Source: the human T2T-CHM13v2.0 reference genome, Homo sapiens. Taken from it: a DNA stretch of 64,000 bases. The stretch is taken from the NCBI RefSeq assembly GCF_009914755.1, contig NC_060932.1; one strand, written 5' to 3'. Shown here in pieces: positions 36,675 to 50,690 of the stretch. The translations under genes were made by a program, and so were the position numbers. The stretch's first letter is position 1; each line of letters begins with the position of its first letter. Under the pieces are notes generated by a model. That model was not told the DNA's origin. It was given only the letters and a program-made list of their open reading frames with translations, and made no database searches.

Positions 36675-37035
36675 TGTTATCAACTGAATGTCTGTGTCCC
36701 TCCAGAATTCATATGTTGAACTTCTTACCCCAATATGACGGTATTAGGTGGTGACGACTTTGGGAATTAGCCCATAAGGGTGAAGCCTTCATAAATGGGA
36801 TTAATGCTCTTATAAAAGGAACCCCAGAGAGCTTTCTAGCTTTCTTTTTCCACCCTGTGAGGATACATTAAGAGGTCAGCAGTCTGCAGCCCAGAAGACA
36901 GCCCTTCCCAGAACCAGACCTTGCTGGCACCCTGATCTCAGACCTAAACCTACAGTATGTAGCCCATGGTTCTCGAAAGATTTGGACCAACATCTAGAGT
37001 ACTTTGTTATAGCCACCCACATTGACCCAGACACA
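36675..37035 (+). mobile_element. MaLR solo LTR (MLT1A-like)
   Basis: tgttatcaactgaatgtctgtgtccctccagaattcatatgttgaa...tgctggcaccctgatctcagac...tttgttatagc. Confidence 0.82.
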
Positions 37036-38004
37036 GCTAACAGCTTGAGAAGGAATGGTAGCTGTGTGCTGGGGTCTTAAACCTCAATAATGGGTGACCT
37101 CACTTCAGAAGGTGAGCTGTAATAGAATTGCCGATCTTAGGACTGTTAATTACTTTGAAGATTGAAGGGGGTATTGGTGTATTTATGGAGAGAATAGGGA
37201 CCGTGGAGGAGGAGAATTCTCTATGGCTTAGGAATGTTCTCATACAAAATAATGCACCATTGTCCAGGTGCCTGAGCTGTCAGTTCAGAGTAACATGCAG
37301 CACAGTGGGTGAGGGTCAGGGGATGGGCCCGGGCAGAAGAGAAGGAAGCCAGCCAGAGGACCTAACTTTCTGCACAGTGTGCCACTGCCTAAAGATCCTG
37401 ATGGCTATTTGCTGAATGCAAGTTGTTCTAAAATCAATCCCTGCTGTGAGTATGCCAGTTTGGAGGAAATGGAAAGATCCTTCTTCTGAAGGGAAGAAGT
37501 TTCTTCCTCTACTTAACTCTCCCCAGTGTGTTTTGTAAGACAGGCTCAATGTTTTACAAAACAGCCCTTGCTGGAATCTTGGCCCCTCTCAGGCCTGGCT
37601 GGGAGCTGGGAATCCCTGCTGTAAGAGAGCTGACTGACGAGAATAGGGATGCCCAGCAGGAAGAAGGCCGAAGGAGGAGGGCAGCCAGCTCCTTCCCTGA
37701 CTCTGGACCCAGTCCCAGCCACTATGCTGCCAGCTCCCTGAGCACCTGCCTGCCTCCAAGATGACCTGTGTCCATGCCCACCATCCAGTCCTCCTGTCGT
37801 GGCCTCTTTGGAAATGCAGTTCCTTCTTTCTGCTCCACACTCCCTACAATCTCATATGAATTAACTTGTTGCTTGCTCTTCAGACCTCAATTCCATTTCA
37901 CTTTCTCAGGGAGGCCACCCCTGATCGCTCCAGACTGCGTTGGACACCCTCCCCACCTTTCACACACCCCTGTAGCAACAGGTGCCTACAGAATCATCTT
38001 AAGT

Positions 38005-38132
38005 TGTTTTTGTTTGTTTGTTTGTTTGAGATGGAGTCTTGCTCTGTTGCCCAGGCTGGAGTTCAGTGGCGTGATCTCGGTTCACTGGAACCTCTGCCTC
38101 CCAGGTTCAAGCAATTCTCCTGCCTCAGCCTC
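38005..38132 (-). mobile_element. Partial Alu (right monomer 3' part)
   Basis: (tttg)n tail then gagatggagtcttgctctgttgcccaggctgg...cctgcctcagcctcc. Confidence 0.9.
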
Positions 38133-38383
38133 CTGCTGCCTCTGTGGCATTTTCTCTCCCTATTCAGGAACTGCTTAGATTGCTGTGCCTTGTTAGAAAT
38201 TGTGGCTTGCGCTCTTTCTGCAGCAGCCCTTGAGGAATGAGCCGAATGTGGGAAAGAAAAATGCAGTGTCTTGTAGAATCAGGCAAGGGATCAAGAGTTG
38301 TATAACTTTTTTTTTTCTTTTTTAAAGAAAAGCTTACCAAGTAGGACAAACTAAGATGCATGAATTAGGTGAGCAGGACTCAC

Positions 38384-38587
38384 CTCATGATGGGGCTACA
38401 GTCGCTTCCTTTGTAGGAGCCTGAGTTGCTACTGCTTGGGGAAGAAGGTGCATAACTGGGATGGATATTGACAGGGCTCAGCTGATTCCTGCACAGCATG
38501 GACAGAAGGTCCTTTTCCCGCGGGGATGATGGGCTGCTGCCAGGCTTGTGTGACGAAGCTCCATTACTCCGCCCATGAGGACCTCGA
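38384..38587 (-). CDS. SYBU: SYBU coding exon (RGPHGRSNGASSHKPGSSPSSPREKDLL...GSYKGSDCSPIMR)
   Basis: ttttctcccag|T acceptor, AG|gtgagt donor. 204 nt, phase 2-2, stop-free and Ser-rich. Confidence 0.96.
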
Positions 38588-39119
38588 CTGGGAGAAAAGA
38601 ATGAAAAATGTTAAAATTCTTGGGGCTACAGATGCCCAAGGGCTAATGTCTTACTCCTTAAATCTAAGGAAATCCAATTTATAGAGTTGAAAGGCGCAAT
38701 ACAATTATTCGTGTAGACTGTCCTTAGGAGCGGCCTTCTTCCCACCTGCCTGGTATTTTCTCTCCTTGTGACATCAGCACAAGCAACCTCTCCCTCTGTT
38801 GTTCTTTCAAATAGTTTCTGACCATAAAGCTTTTTTTGGATAACACCCAATAGCCTGCTAAGAACATACACAATGTAGAATATTGATTTAGCTCAGGTTT
38901 ATTTTGGAGGCTGTTTATTTTGGAGGCTGTTTTCAAGATATGGTTTTTGTTCTAGTCCACCTGTTTCAGTTTAGAAATATTTGCATTTGGTTCATGTCAG
39001 GGTAAGAAAATTAATGCGGTTCATTTGGAGGATGGGGGAAGGTGGTACCCCATACAGGAGGAGGAGAAAACAGGGCAAGATAAACAGAGCACACATAAAT
39101 GCATCATTGGTAATTTTGA

Positions 39120-39840
39120 TTACTTAAAATTTTTGTTTCATTTTCTTCTAGCCCCAGTGACTTAAGACAACCTTTGTCATTTAACTGCTGAAATACTGTA
39201 ACAGCCCCATCTTGGTTCTCCTGCCTCTTGCCTTGCTCCCTCCAGTAGAAGGTTGGCTTGTGGCTGGAGTGGCCTTTCAAAATGGAATCTGATTCACTAT
39301 CCTCCTCAAAGCCTTGCGATGGTCCCCCACTGCCTCCAGAACAAAGGCCAGCCTCCTTAAGATGGCTCACAAGGTCCAATCCCACTACTCCATCCAACCC
39401 CATCCTCCACCACTCCTCACTCCTCCCTCCTCCCTCTGTACTACAGCATTCCAAATCACTTACAGTTTCCTGAAGGATCCATGCTTGACCATCCTTAGGT
39501 TTTTGAACTCATAATCTCCTCTAATTAGAATGTTCACCTGCTCCCTTCTCTAAGCCCCTGGATACCAGGATACTTCCTACTTTGAGACTGATGGGAACGT
39601 ACTCTAAAGAGCCTTCTCTATATTCTTCCTTCCCTAGGCCAGTGTAGGCACACTCCTTAATGCTCCCTAAAACTCTGTGCAAACTTCTACCATTGGACTT
39701 ATCACATGGCGTCACAACTGCATACTTATTTGTCCTTCCTGCTAGGCTAGGGCAACCTTGAGGGCAGAAACAGCTTGTTCTTTCTATCCTCCTACTTTTG
39801 ATACATGGTAAGTGTTCCCTAAAGGACTGCTGAATAAATA
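39120..39840. mobile_element. L2 remnant
   Basis: ctcaaagccttgcgatggtcccccactgcc...ccttgagggcagaaac...tgaataaata pattern. Confidence 0.6.
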
Positions 39841-41228
39841 AACCAGGTGTGAGTCATTGGCACTGCCACTTAGTAGGAACTTAGGCAAGTGAGCCACTTA
39901 ACATGGGGATCAAAACACACACACATGCACACACACACCCACCCCTTTCCTACCTTCCTCACAGAATTGATGTGAAAATCAAATCAAAGAATGCATGTGA
40001 GTACATTCCACAAGCTATTAAGGGTAACTCAACTGTAGAGTATTATTAGAGGATAAACTTGTTCAAACTTCACCATTAATCCTGACAGAGATTTGACACC
40101 CAGTAGTGTAAGGAAGCATCTTGAGAATGTTGAAATTACTTAAACAGGATAAAGTTCTATGTCAGGAATATTACTTGATGGCAAAAAAAGAGAAAACAAG
40201 ATAGCTTTCATATAGTAGTACTGCTTTCTGACAAACCTTTCTTTGCAATTTTAATTACAGCTGTATCCAACTGACATCTTAATGAGAAATGTGTGTAAAT
40301 GTGAATGCAAGTGTGCATGTGGGTACACTTGGCTTCAAAACCATGATCACTTATTTACAATCAAATATAATTTCAACTGGCTGTCAACCTTGCAAATCAG
40401 ACATAAATAAAACGTAACCAAGTTCTAAAGTTAAAGTTATTTCCTTTTGAAATCATTCAAATGAACGCCGCTCTTCTCTTCGTGAGAAGAGGACACTTTA
40501 TACGGAACAGATGGGCTGATGGCTTTGTGACAAAACCAACTTCAGCAGCCCATGGTAGAAAGAACTTCATGAGTAGCTGAAAGGAACATGTACCCTGGTG
40601 TGCATTTTCTTTTCCATGCTTCACTTCTAAGTCTGGCATCAACCAGACTATTTCTTAATCTGATTATGAGAAATATGGAAGATTAGCTATTACACCTTAG
40701 GCAGGAATGTAAAGAGCTATCCCATATTTTGACCTGGGGAATTTTATTACGAGTTAACTTCCACTGAGGACCTTCTGTGACCCTGGCGCTGTTTCAGGTG
40801 CTTTCTGAATATTGATCAGGAAATAAATTATCAGACAGTTTGTAAGAGCTAACTTTTTAAAAAGAAGCAACATGCTTAAAAATATCAGTTCTCTTCATTT
40901 AGTAGTTCAAATGCTAACATGTATAGGTGCAAACTCATTATAGGCATTGATAGGAAACATTTTCAAAGGAGACACTGAGATTCCATGTTTGTCATGGCCA
41001 TGAACTGTGAAACCCAATGCTGTCCTCTTCAGCCCATCCCAGATCCTTCAGTCTGGTGGACAAGAAAAACGCAGTCCACAAAGAGGAAAGAAAATTCTGC
41101 TGACCCTGAACCCTTCTACAAACCTGAATACGTAACTAGAAGGTCATAGACAGAGGAGTGAAGATGACACCTCATGAGTGACTCAGGTGAATTTCGATTC
41201 CCTGACCATGGCTCTGGACTTCAGGTAA

Positions 41229-41272
41229 TATCATCATCATCGTCATCATCATCATCACCATCATCACCATGA
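41229..41272. repeat. Imperfect (CAT)n/(CAC)n trinucleotide repeat
   Basis: tcatcatcatcgtcatcatcatcatcaccatcatcaccat read directly. Confidence 0.9.
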
Positions 41273-41641
41273 TCTAGGGTTGAACTGTGTCACCCCCTGC
41301 AAATTGATATGTTGAAGCCCTAACTCCCAGTACCACAGAATAATGGGGCTTTAAAAAGTGATTAAGTTAAAATGAGGCAGTTAGGGTGGGCCCTAATCCA
41401 GTTTAACTGGTGTCCTTATACAAAGAAGGAATTTGAGCAGACATAAACAGAAGGAAGATGCTGTAGAGACACAGGGAGAAGATGGCCACTACAAGCCAAG
41501 GAGAGGAGCCTCAGAAGAAGCCAACCCTGCAGACATCTTGGTATCAGACTTCCCTTTTCCAGAACTGTGAGTAAATACATTTCTGTTGTTTAGGCCATCC
41601 AGTCTATGGTACTGGGTTATGCAGCCCTAGCAGACTAATAT
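41273..41641 (+). mobile_element. MaLR solo LTR (MLT1B/C-like)
   Basis: gggttgaactgtgtcacccc...tatgttgaagccctaactcccagtacc...ggcagccctagcagactaata. Confidence 0.85.
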
Positions 41642-41704
41642 AATCACTACCACCATGATTACCATCATAACCACCACCAGCAGCAGCAGCAGCAACAGCA
41701 ACAG
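41642..41704. repeat. Mixed (CAC)/(CAG)/(CAA) trinucleotide tract
   Basis: ccaccaccagcagcagcagcagcaacagcaacag read directly. Confidence 0.85.
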
Positions 41705-42388
41705 TACCATGTCTCCTAGTACTACTTTCACCCCTACTGACAAAAACCACCTTTTACCAACGCTTTCACTAAGTTCTGGGCATCATGTCAAGCACTCACA
41801 CATATCATCTCATTTAACTCAGTGAGGTAAGATGCTATTATTATCCCATATCCCAAAACAGGAGACTGAGGCTTGGGGTCATACACCTGATAAATAATGG
41901 AGGCTAACCTCAATCCCAGGTCTGTCTGACTCCAAATCCCAAGGTTTTTCTTTTTCTGTCTGATTTTTATCTTCCAAACAGATTCATGTTTTAGTTTAAG
42001 AAAGATAATTCCTTAGAAATATCAGCAGAGTTGCCCTTCTATGAGACAAGATACTCTGTAAGCCTTTAAAGTTTTTGTTTTAAAAATAACTCGTCAAAAA
42101 TATTCTCACCAGCTCCACCTGTTCCTCACATGTCCCACTGATTGACCAATCTTCCTGTTAGCCTTCCTTCAGGGAGCTAATTCTCCACAGAGAAAATTCA
42201 TTCACTACATGGGGAAGCAGCCAATTGAAAGGATCACAAACTACTACAGAGTTTGGCAGAGATACCCAGCTACTCTAGAGGAGCTGCCCCCCCATGCGTG
42301 GCCCTCCAGAACACAAAATTTATGTGACATTGCTGAGATAGTCCATGACCAAAATCTACTGATGGTACTCTGTGCCTGGGTGAGATTC

Positions 42389-42703
42389 TTTTATTTATTT
42401 ATTTACTTATTTGAAACAGTCTTGTTCTGTTGCCCAGGACTGGAGTGCAGTGGTGCAATCTTGACTCACTGCAACCTCCGCCTCTCAGGTTCAAGCAATT
42501 CTCCTGCCTCAACTTTACGAGTAGCTGGGATAACAGGCACCCACCTACATGCCCGGCTAATTTTTTTTTTTTTTGTATTTTTAGTAGACACGGGGTTTCA
42601 CCATATTAGCCAGGCTGGTCTTGAACTCCTGAACTCAGTTGATCCATCCGCCTTGGCCTCCTAAAAGTGCTGGGATTATAGGCATGAGCCACTGTGCATG
42701 GCT
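42389..42703 (-). mobile_element. Alu (S-type)
   Basis: (ttta)n tail and reverse dimeric consensus; TSD tgagatt. Confidence 0.93.
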
Positions 42704-44644
42704 GAGATTTTTAAAAACTGAGGATAATGGATAGAACACTGCCATTTTCAATTTTCCATCTATTAATTTTTGTTAAACCTTTGAAGTCTATTATTGCTTG
42801 GCTATAACAGATACTAACAGAAGCATTCATCTGATTTGCATATAATTATATTTGGCTATTTTATGTTTAATATGTCAAATTTTGACCATGAATTCTAGAC
42901 TAGAATATTTTCTCTTAGTCACTCTGTATTATTGACACAACCTTGGAATTTAACCACAAACACTGATTCCTTTGAAATATTTAAGTTGGCTTCATCTACA
43001 GGCCTTCCTTTTTTATCTTTTTGCCTTTCTATATTGTTTGATACTTTGTTCCATGTGTATGTCATAATTTCTTGAGTGGGTTATATAAATGGTTTATTCT
43101 TAGAGCAAGCCACATCTGATTTACACAGAATGTTTACATTCATGTCCTATAATCCCAGAGGCACTTTATTGCCAAAATGGTGGTGGTGGGTGGGGGCTGG
43201 GGATAGAGCAATTGTGCTTTATTACTGCGGACTTCACTCTTTTGTTACAGGTTTGTCTGGCTTCAGCTGTATTTTTAATGATAAAACTGTGCCCTGGGGG
43301 TCTCAGGTCGCCTTATAAACATCTGCTAAATCTTCAGCTCACCCAAGAGAAATAGAAAATATTTGCTTGCTGAGTCCTGGAAAGGCAGGCTTTTGGAAAC
43401 TAAATAGATTTTCTCCAGGAAGAGACCTTAAAAAGTCACACAGTACAACTGTCTTTTGGATACCGTGGCCCAGGGGAATCAAGTGACGTGACAAAGTCAG
43501 AAGCCAGGTCCCCTCACGTTCTGTGGCTCCCTCCATAGCTTTCTTTAAGTCTCTGCTCAGAGCTCAGTTCACCACTGAGGTATCCTAGGACCCACCAAGC
43601 TAAAATATACCACAAACCACATTACTCTCTATCTCCTTCCCCTGAGTGTTTTTAAAAATAATTATATTATTTTTCAATTTATTGTCCTTCTTGTCCTACT
43701 ACAATGAATATAATTTTGTGGAGTTTTGTTTCCTCATAGTAGATGCTCAATAAATACTTGTTAAATGAATAAACAAAGCCACTGGTGGCAAGCACAGAAT
43801 CCTGGGGCTTACAGTCCCTCCCACTGAATGTGCATAGTGGCTCCCATGTCTCATAGTCCTCTCCACCAATTCAAATAACATCAATGGAGAGAATTGGTTG
43901 ATGCTTGCTATGCTCCATGCTCTGACTCAGCATTTTACTTTTATTAACTTGTTTAATCCTAACAATAAACCCTCTGAGGTGGCTGGGTCTATTTCACAGA
44001 TAAGGTAAACAAGGCATGGAGTGGTTAAACAACTTGCTCAGAGCCACACAGCCTGGAGTTGGTGGTGCTGGCATTTGAGCCAAGGCAGCCTGGTTTCAGA
44101 GCCCACACACCCAGCTGGTGTGCTCTATGGGGTGGCCACCATGCCTATGAACGTTACTACACTTTCTTCACTCCTTCCCCAGGTAAATGCTGGGAGTGGT
44201 CAGGGAGTAGCTGCTTCCTTCACAGAGGTTAAAAATGGAAGTCCAGCTAGAAGAAAAAAAGGGTGAAGTCAGAGGCTTCACAGCTAAGAGACTCATAGCT
44301 TCACAGAGGGGAGGTAGGAGGGAAGTGGGAGACCACTAGCTTCCTATGCAGATGAGTACACAGGTGAGTAAGGGAAAGAGAGAAGGGACAGGAGGAGTGG
44401 GCATAGAGTCAAGGGTTGGATGGGAGACAGCCATGGATGTACAAACACAGGTGAGCCATGTGACCACAGTTGGCAAGACAGGAAAAACTACCAATTTAAA
44501 ATCACTGTAAAAAAACAAAACAAAAAGCCTCACTGAATAATAAAATATGAACGGACAGTAATCCGGGTGGTTCTACAGATGCACAGGTGCAGGTGAGTCA
44601 CCTGTGTAAAGCGTCTTAATTACAGAGCAGGAGATGGTGCCTAC

Positions 44645-44747
44645 TTGCGTGAAGAAGAAGACCGCTTGCTTCCCGCAGTCGACATATGGACCTCAGGAGC
44701 GGAAATGCTGCCTGTGCTGCTCGAGGAGCTAAAATCAGCTTCACTAC
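44645..44747 (-). CDS. SYBU: SYBU coding exon (GSEADFSSSSSTGSISAPEVHMSTAGSKRSSSSRN), the most 5' SYBU exon found in the window
   Basis: tgtttttcag|GT acceptor, AA|gtaggc donor. 103 nt; lies within ORF-track 44641..44865; phase fits the next exon. Confidence 0.95.
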
Positions 44748-47371
44748 CTGAAAAACAACAGGGGAGAGAGAAGCGTGAGGGAAAGGAAACTAGAGAACAC
44801 ATTGGCCAGTTCCCTGCCTTCCAGGTCCCTGCTCCCTGCGTTTGCACACTATTGGCAAGTGCCAAGATTCCAGGGCTTCCAGGCTCACAGCATTTTCCTC
44901 AAAGCAGTCAAGAGAAGGCCCAGTACAAGAACATCATTTCATAAACACAGCTAAGATGCACAGTAAGGCTGGTTTCATAAAGAGGCCAGTCTTCCTGCAG
45001 ACACTGTCAACAGTGACCCAAGTGCATCAAGAAATGCACTGTTCTCCCGTATGTGAGGCTCTCACTCCACAACAACGGGCTCACCCTATTTCAAGCAAAA
45101 GAAAAATAAAATACTTATCAGTCCAAGAGTAGTTTTTCCAAGAGAGTTTATCTTTGGGCTTCTGTAGTCAGCTACTCATACTTCAATTTGGCAAGTTAGG
45201 TTTGGAGACAGTTAACCAATGAGAGGCAGTCAGGAAAGAGCAAAGCCTGGGCTCCCAGACTGCTGCACTGGCACTATCTGAGGTGACTTTCTCTGACTGC
45301 AGTTTTGGTTTTTCTTTAAAGAATAGATCCTTAACAGAAAAGCAGAAATTTAACAGTGATAGAACCTGTAAATTACACTGAAATTTGGAATTTTAGCTTC
45401 AGGGTGGGATTACAGGTAGGGATGTTCATTAGTTTGCAAAGATCACATGATACTTTGAGTACAGACAACAGGTGGGTGTGTAATTATAATATAAATATGC
45501 TGTGCAGTAAAATAATTTATATAAATTCATTCTAACAAAAATATGTAGTTCTGAAAGAGTAATAATGGAAACATTCCCATACACTGCCTGGGGAAGTAAG
45601 GGGAGGTGGAAGAGGCAAGCTAGACAATGAGAAGAAGAAAAAGAATTTTTTAAAAACGTGAAGTACCATGTGCTTCTGAAAAATAAGTCTAGGTATACAG
45701 TTTAATTTGACCTTGTTGCTCAACTCCTACCACATAATTTGTGCCTTTTCTGGTCTAGAACCCAGAGCCAGCTCACATTTCTGAGCTAAAGAAAATATGA
45801 ATAGCCTAATCCTTGATTTTCTAACAAGCAGTGAACAATAATTATCATAACAATGGCTATTTATTGAGTGTTTACTAGGTCCCAGGCCCTGTTCACGATA
45901 CTTTCTATGCTATATATTATTTAATATTGACATCTTTGTAAAATAGACATTAATCTCACTATTTTACTATTGAGAAAACTGAAGCTGTTTGTCTGAAGCT
46001 TATAGGTGATAAATCCTGTCCAGGACCAAATCTTCATGCTACTTCTCCCATACTATGCTTTGCCCTCAGAAAGGCAGTAGGAAGAAGCAGGGGAACAGGA
46101 GAAGTTCTTAAAGAAACTATACATTACCATCTCCCTAAAAGGTCAACATGAACCATAGGTACAAGATGTGGCCAGACTCTGGCCTACTAGGGAACAGATT
46201 TCTCTTTCTGATGGCCTCTGTTAGTTTTGCTAGAGAGGAAGGTAGGTAATCACAAGGCAGAGAGAAGAAAAAATCCTTTCCCTGGTTTCCAGGAGCTCTC
46301 AGGAACTCCAGCCTCTAGCAAGTCCAGGTCTCTAGGAAAGAGACCAAGAATGACCCATTAGCCAAATGACAGCAGTGACTCCTGGCTCCCAGTAGAATTC
46401 TGGGAAGATTAGCAAGGTAGTTTATCAGAACTGAGACCAGCTATTCCTTCTGGATTGCAGAGACTTTGTCTAATGATGTAATGAGCTCCTAGAAGCTCCC
46501 CAAACTTAATCAGTTGACTCTAAGGAATACACTGGTTAAACTGTAGTAGTTTACAATCTGAAGGATTCATGATTGGTAATGCAGTCCAGCAGCATGAGAT
46601 TCCTGACGGCCTAACTCAACCAGCTTTGTTTGCTAGTAAATTATCAGGTTGGTTATTAAATGATAAAGGTAGGTGATTTTCAAAAATAGATCCTTCAGTT
46701 ACAGCCATCAGGTTTAAGATACTATTTTCTAATGTGAAATTATTACTCTGAAAAACACTCAGCTTTCATTCCTTTCACAAAAGCCCATCGATTATAATTG
46801 AACTGCTTGCCTAAAAGCAGAAATTCTAGAACAGGAACAGATAATTGCGGAAAATCCATTGTTACCCCACGGTGCTTCTGATCTGTGGTAATTATGTTCT
46901 CTGAACTGAAAGGACAACTTTGTTCTATATTTTATTGCTACTGGAACTCAATATACTGACTTTTATGTATTTGCAGGGCCTAAGGTCACTTTGTTTCAGC
47001 ACTTTCCTCTCTTACCTTCTGTACATCTGAAAGAGATTAGAAGGCACATTCGGGTCCCTGCAGCTGCATTCAGGCCTATTTGAATAGTACGATAGTGAAA
47101 AATGTATATACTACTTCACAACTATTTCAGTTCATGAATTTAAAGAACGTAACCTGGTTAATGCAGTGTAAAAATCAGTGAACTCTTTTTAAGGGATACA
47201 CAGGAAAGCTAAATGTAATACATCATCTGATATACTTTCTTCATGTACTAAGCAAAATAACTAAGAGAAAAGCTGGAGACCTAATCACACCCCCCGCCCC
47301 CGCCGCCATTTATCTATTAGTTGGCAACAAAGATACAAGGAAGGAGAGGCATTCTTTATTCATTTCCTTTA

Positions 47372-47831
<460 letters not shown>

Positions 47832-49199
47832 CTAACCCATATTAGGTGGAAAGTTTTAGCCAAGTTACTTCACTTCTCTGTGTCCCAGTTTCCTAATTGG
47901 TTAAATAAAGATGATACTCATAGCACCTGCTTCATGGGTTGCTTGTAAAGAATGAATGTCATCCTCATCAACAGTCTTTGTTCCTCATCAATATTGTTTT
48001 CGATCAGCTGCCAGGTTAGTGGAGTGTTATCCCAGGACTGAACAGACAGGATGAATTTGATGACCTTTAAGATAATGCTCTGATGCCAAACGCTTGGTGA
48101 CTAAGCATCCTGCTGCAGAAGGCACTTTTCCAACTCTCAAGAACCTATGCCCAGTGGCCTCCAGAAGTTCTGGCAGTTTTTTGTTTTCATAGCACTGCTG
48201 AACTCTTTTGAGAGATATTCCTTTTATTTATAACGTTAGGATAATAAGCGTTCTGTGCATGTATGCTAACGCCAGGGAATTAGAAAAGGAAGGAAAAATG
48301 AAAACAAAAAGAATACGTGCCCAAACTGATAACTAACTAGACTTATTTTTAAAGCACTGCCTGTAATCTGGTCTCTTAGGACATTATTAATTTTGCCTGT
48401 TTTCAAGATATGGAGCAGTCCTCATACATCAGAACATCACAGTATAGAACAATCCTGAGATCTACTAAGCAGTATTAAGCCATTCTAAAACACTGATTTA
48501 AGTAACCCCAAGCCCTCTCTTATCTTTTATCACTGCAAAGCTATCAAATTAATTCAGGTTGGACCACCTCAAATAGAGGCAGTAAATTAAAAAAAAAAAC
48601 CCACCTAGTTCCCACCCTTCTCTCCCATCCTCCTTCTCCACCCATCCCCCCAAAATACACATATTTTTAAATGTACAGGTCTCCAGGGAGGAGAGAGGAA
48701 CCATTTTCACTGAAGCTAAGCACAGCTATTAAGGAGCAGCAGGAGCAACGGACACACGCAATTATAGAAGACACTATTAAAAGAAGCTGCTCTAAAGTAC
48801 ATTCAGTAGAATGGACTCTTAACTGCTAAGGCTTGGGGGGCCCAGCCAAGGTATCCAAGAAACGCTTCACAGCCTAAAAAGGGTTTTTGTTTTAGTTTTT
48901 GCAAATTACTTTCCTGAACCCCGTATAGGTATTTATCTCAGAAAGGGAATATTTGGTTAAATGAGCCATACATTGATAAGATACATATACAGGTGTTTTT
49001 TTTTTTGCATTTTGAGAATAAAAGTATTCTTGAAAAATTGTAAATGTAATTTCCATTTATATTATAGTTTCAGAAAATAGTTTTCTTCATTCTGATTGAT
49101 GTTTAATTGACGGAGCTGCCATATACTTAAAATAACACACACACACACATAAACAGCTAAACACAAAAGAAGAGAAGTTCAAACTTAAAGTATTTAGAA

Positions 49200-50020
49200 G
49201 TGAATAATTTGTATTGATAAATCCAACTATATGAAATGAAACTGCTTATGGGAAAATAGCAAGGTCAAAGACAAATAGATACACTGAAAAAATATTTCTA
49301 ACACATGATAAAAGGTTAATCTCCTTAATTTACCAGAAGCTCATAAAATTAGAAAAAAAAAAAAACTAACAGAAAAATGGGCCAAGGACATATTAGGCAG
49401 ATGAAAGAAAAAGAAAAACAAATGGCTGATACTCATGAAAAGCCATATAATTTATCAACACCACTAAAAATATAAATGAAGGTAAGGAGACTGTTTTCAT
49501 CTATCTGATAGGCAAAAGAGTCTGATAATACCAGCTCCATTAAGGGTTTGTGAAAACAGAGTTAGTAAGAGTGTGAATTATGCTACATGCATAAAAAAGA
49601 AAACTGTACTGCTAGGAATTTATTCTGCACATAAGGATCCAAAAAGACAACCTAGTTGTCCATCGACAGTGACTGGTTAAATCAGGTGGTATAGCAGCAG
49701 CCTAAGAGAATACTCCGCCATCGTGAAAAGGAGTGACATGATCCTGGGTGTGTCGAAGTGAAAAGATATCAAACACCTGTTACTAGATGAGAAAAACAAG
49801 ATGCAGAAAAGTGGGTATGGCAAGTCTGCTTTTTTTGTGAATAAATCTTTAGATAATATGTAACCTGCCATATGCACAGAACATTTTTCTTGAGGGATAA
49901 AATGATCTGTTAATAGCGGTGTCTCTTGGGAACAGGAAAGTGTGGATATAAAGAGACTCTTATTTTCATTTTATTATCTTTCTGAGCAATTTGGCTTCTC
50001 TAACCATGTGCACATTATTC
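49200..50020 (+). mobile_element. Old L1M 3' remnant
   Basis: agaaaaatgggccaaggac...aaatggctgatactcatgaaaag...ctgctaggaatttattc...tgtccatcgacagtgactggttaaat pattern. Confidence 0.7.
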
Positions 50021-50080
50021 GTATTATAAATTATATATAGGAGTGCACTGATGTATGAACAATCCATTTTTTCCTTTTAA

Positions 50081-50397
<317 letters not shown>

Positions 50398-50449
50398 AAA
50401 AATGTAAATTTTTAAGGGAAATTTTTTATAATAAGAGTAGTCACACCAT

Positions 50450-50690
50450 ATTATGTAGTATTAAAAGAGTTCTGGAGTTAAGACACCTGGGTTTGAATCT
50501 TGGCTCCTCTACTTGCTCTCTGTGGTGCCTTGAGGAATGAATTTACCCTCTCTCTGCCTTAGTATCCTCATCCATAAAATAGGGATGAGGTTATTAATAT
50601 TAAGAATTGCTAAAAGATTATGGAAATTCAGGTGAAACATGCAAAGAAATTAGAACAATGCCTGGCATACAGCAAGCCCTTAATAGTACC
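50450..50690 (+). mobile_element. MIR
   Basis: cctgggtttgaatcttggctc...ctctgccttagtatcctcatccataaaataggg...agaacaatgcctggcatacag. Confidence 0.75.
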
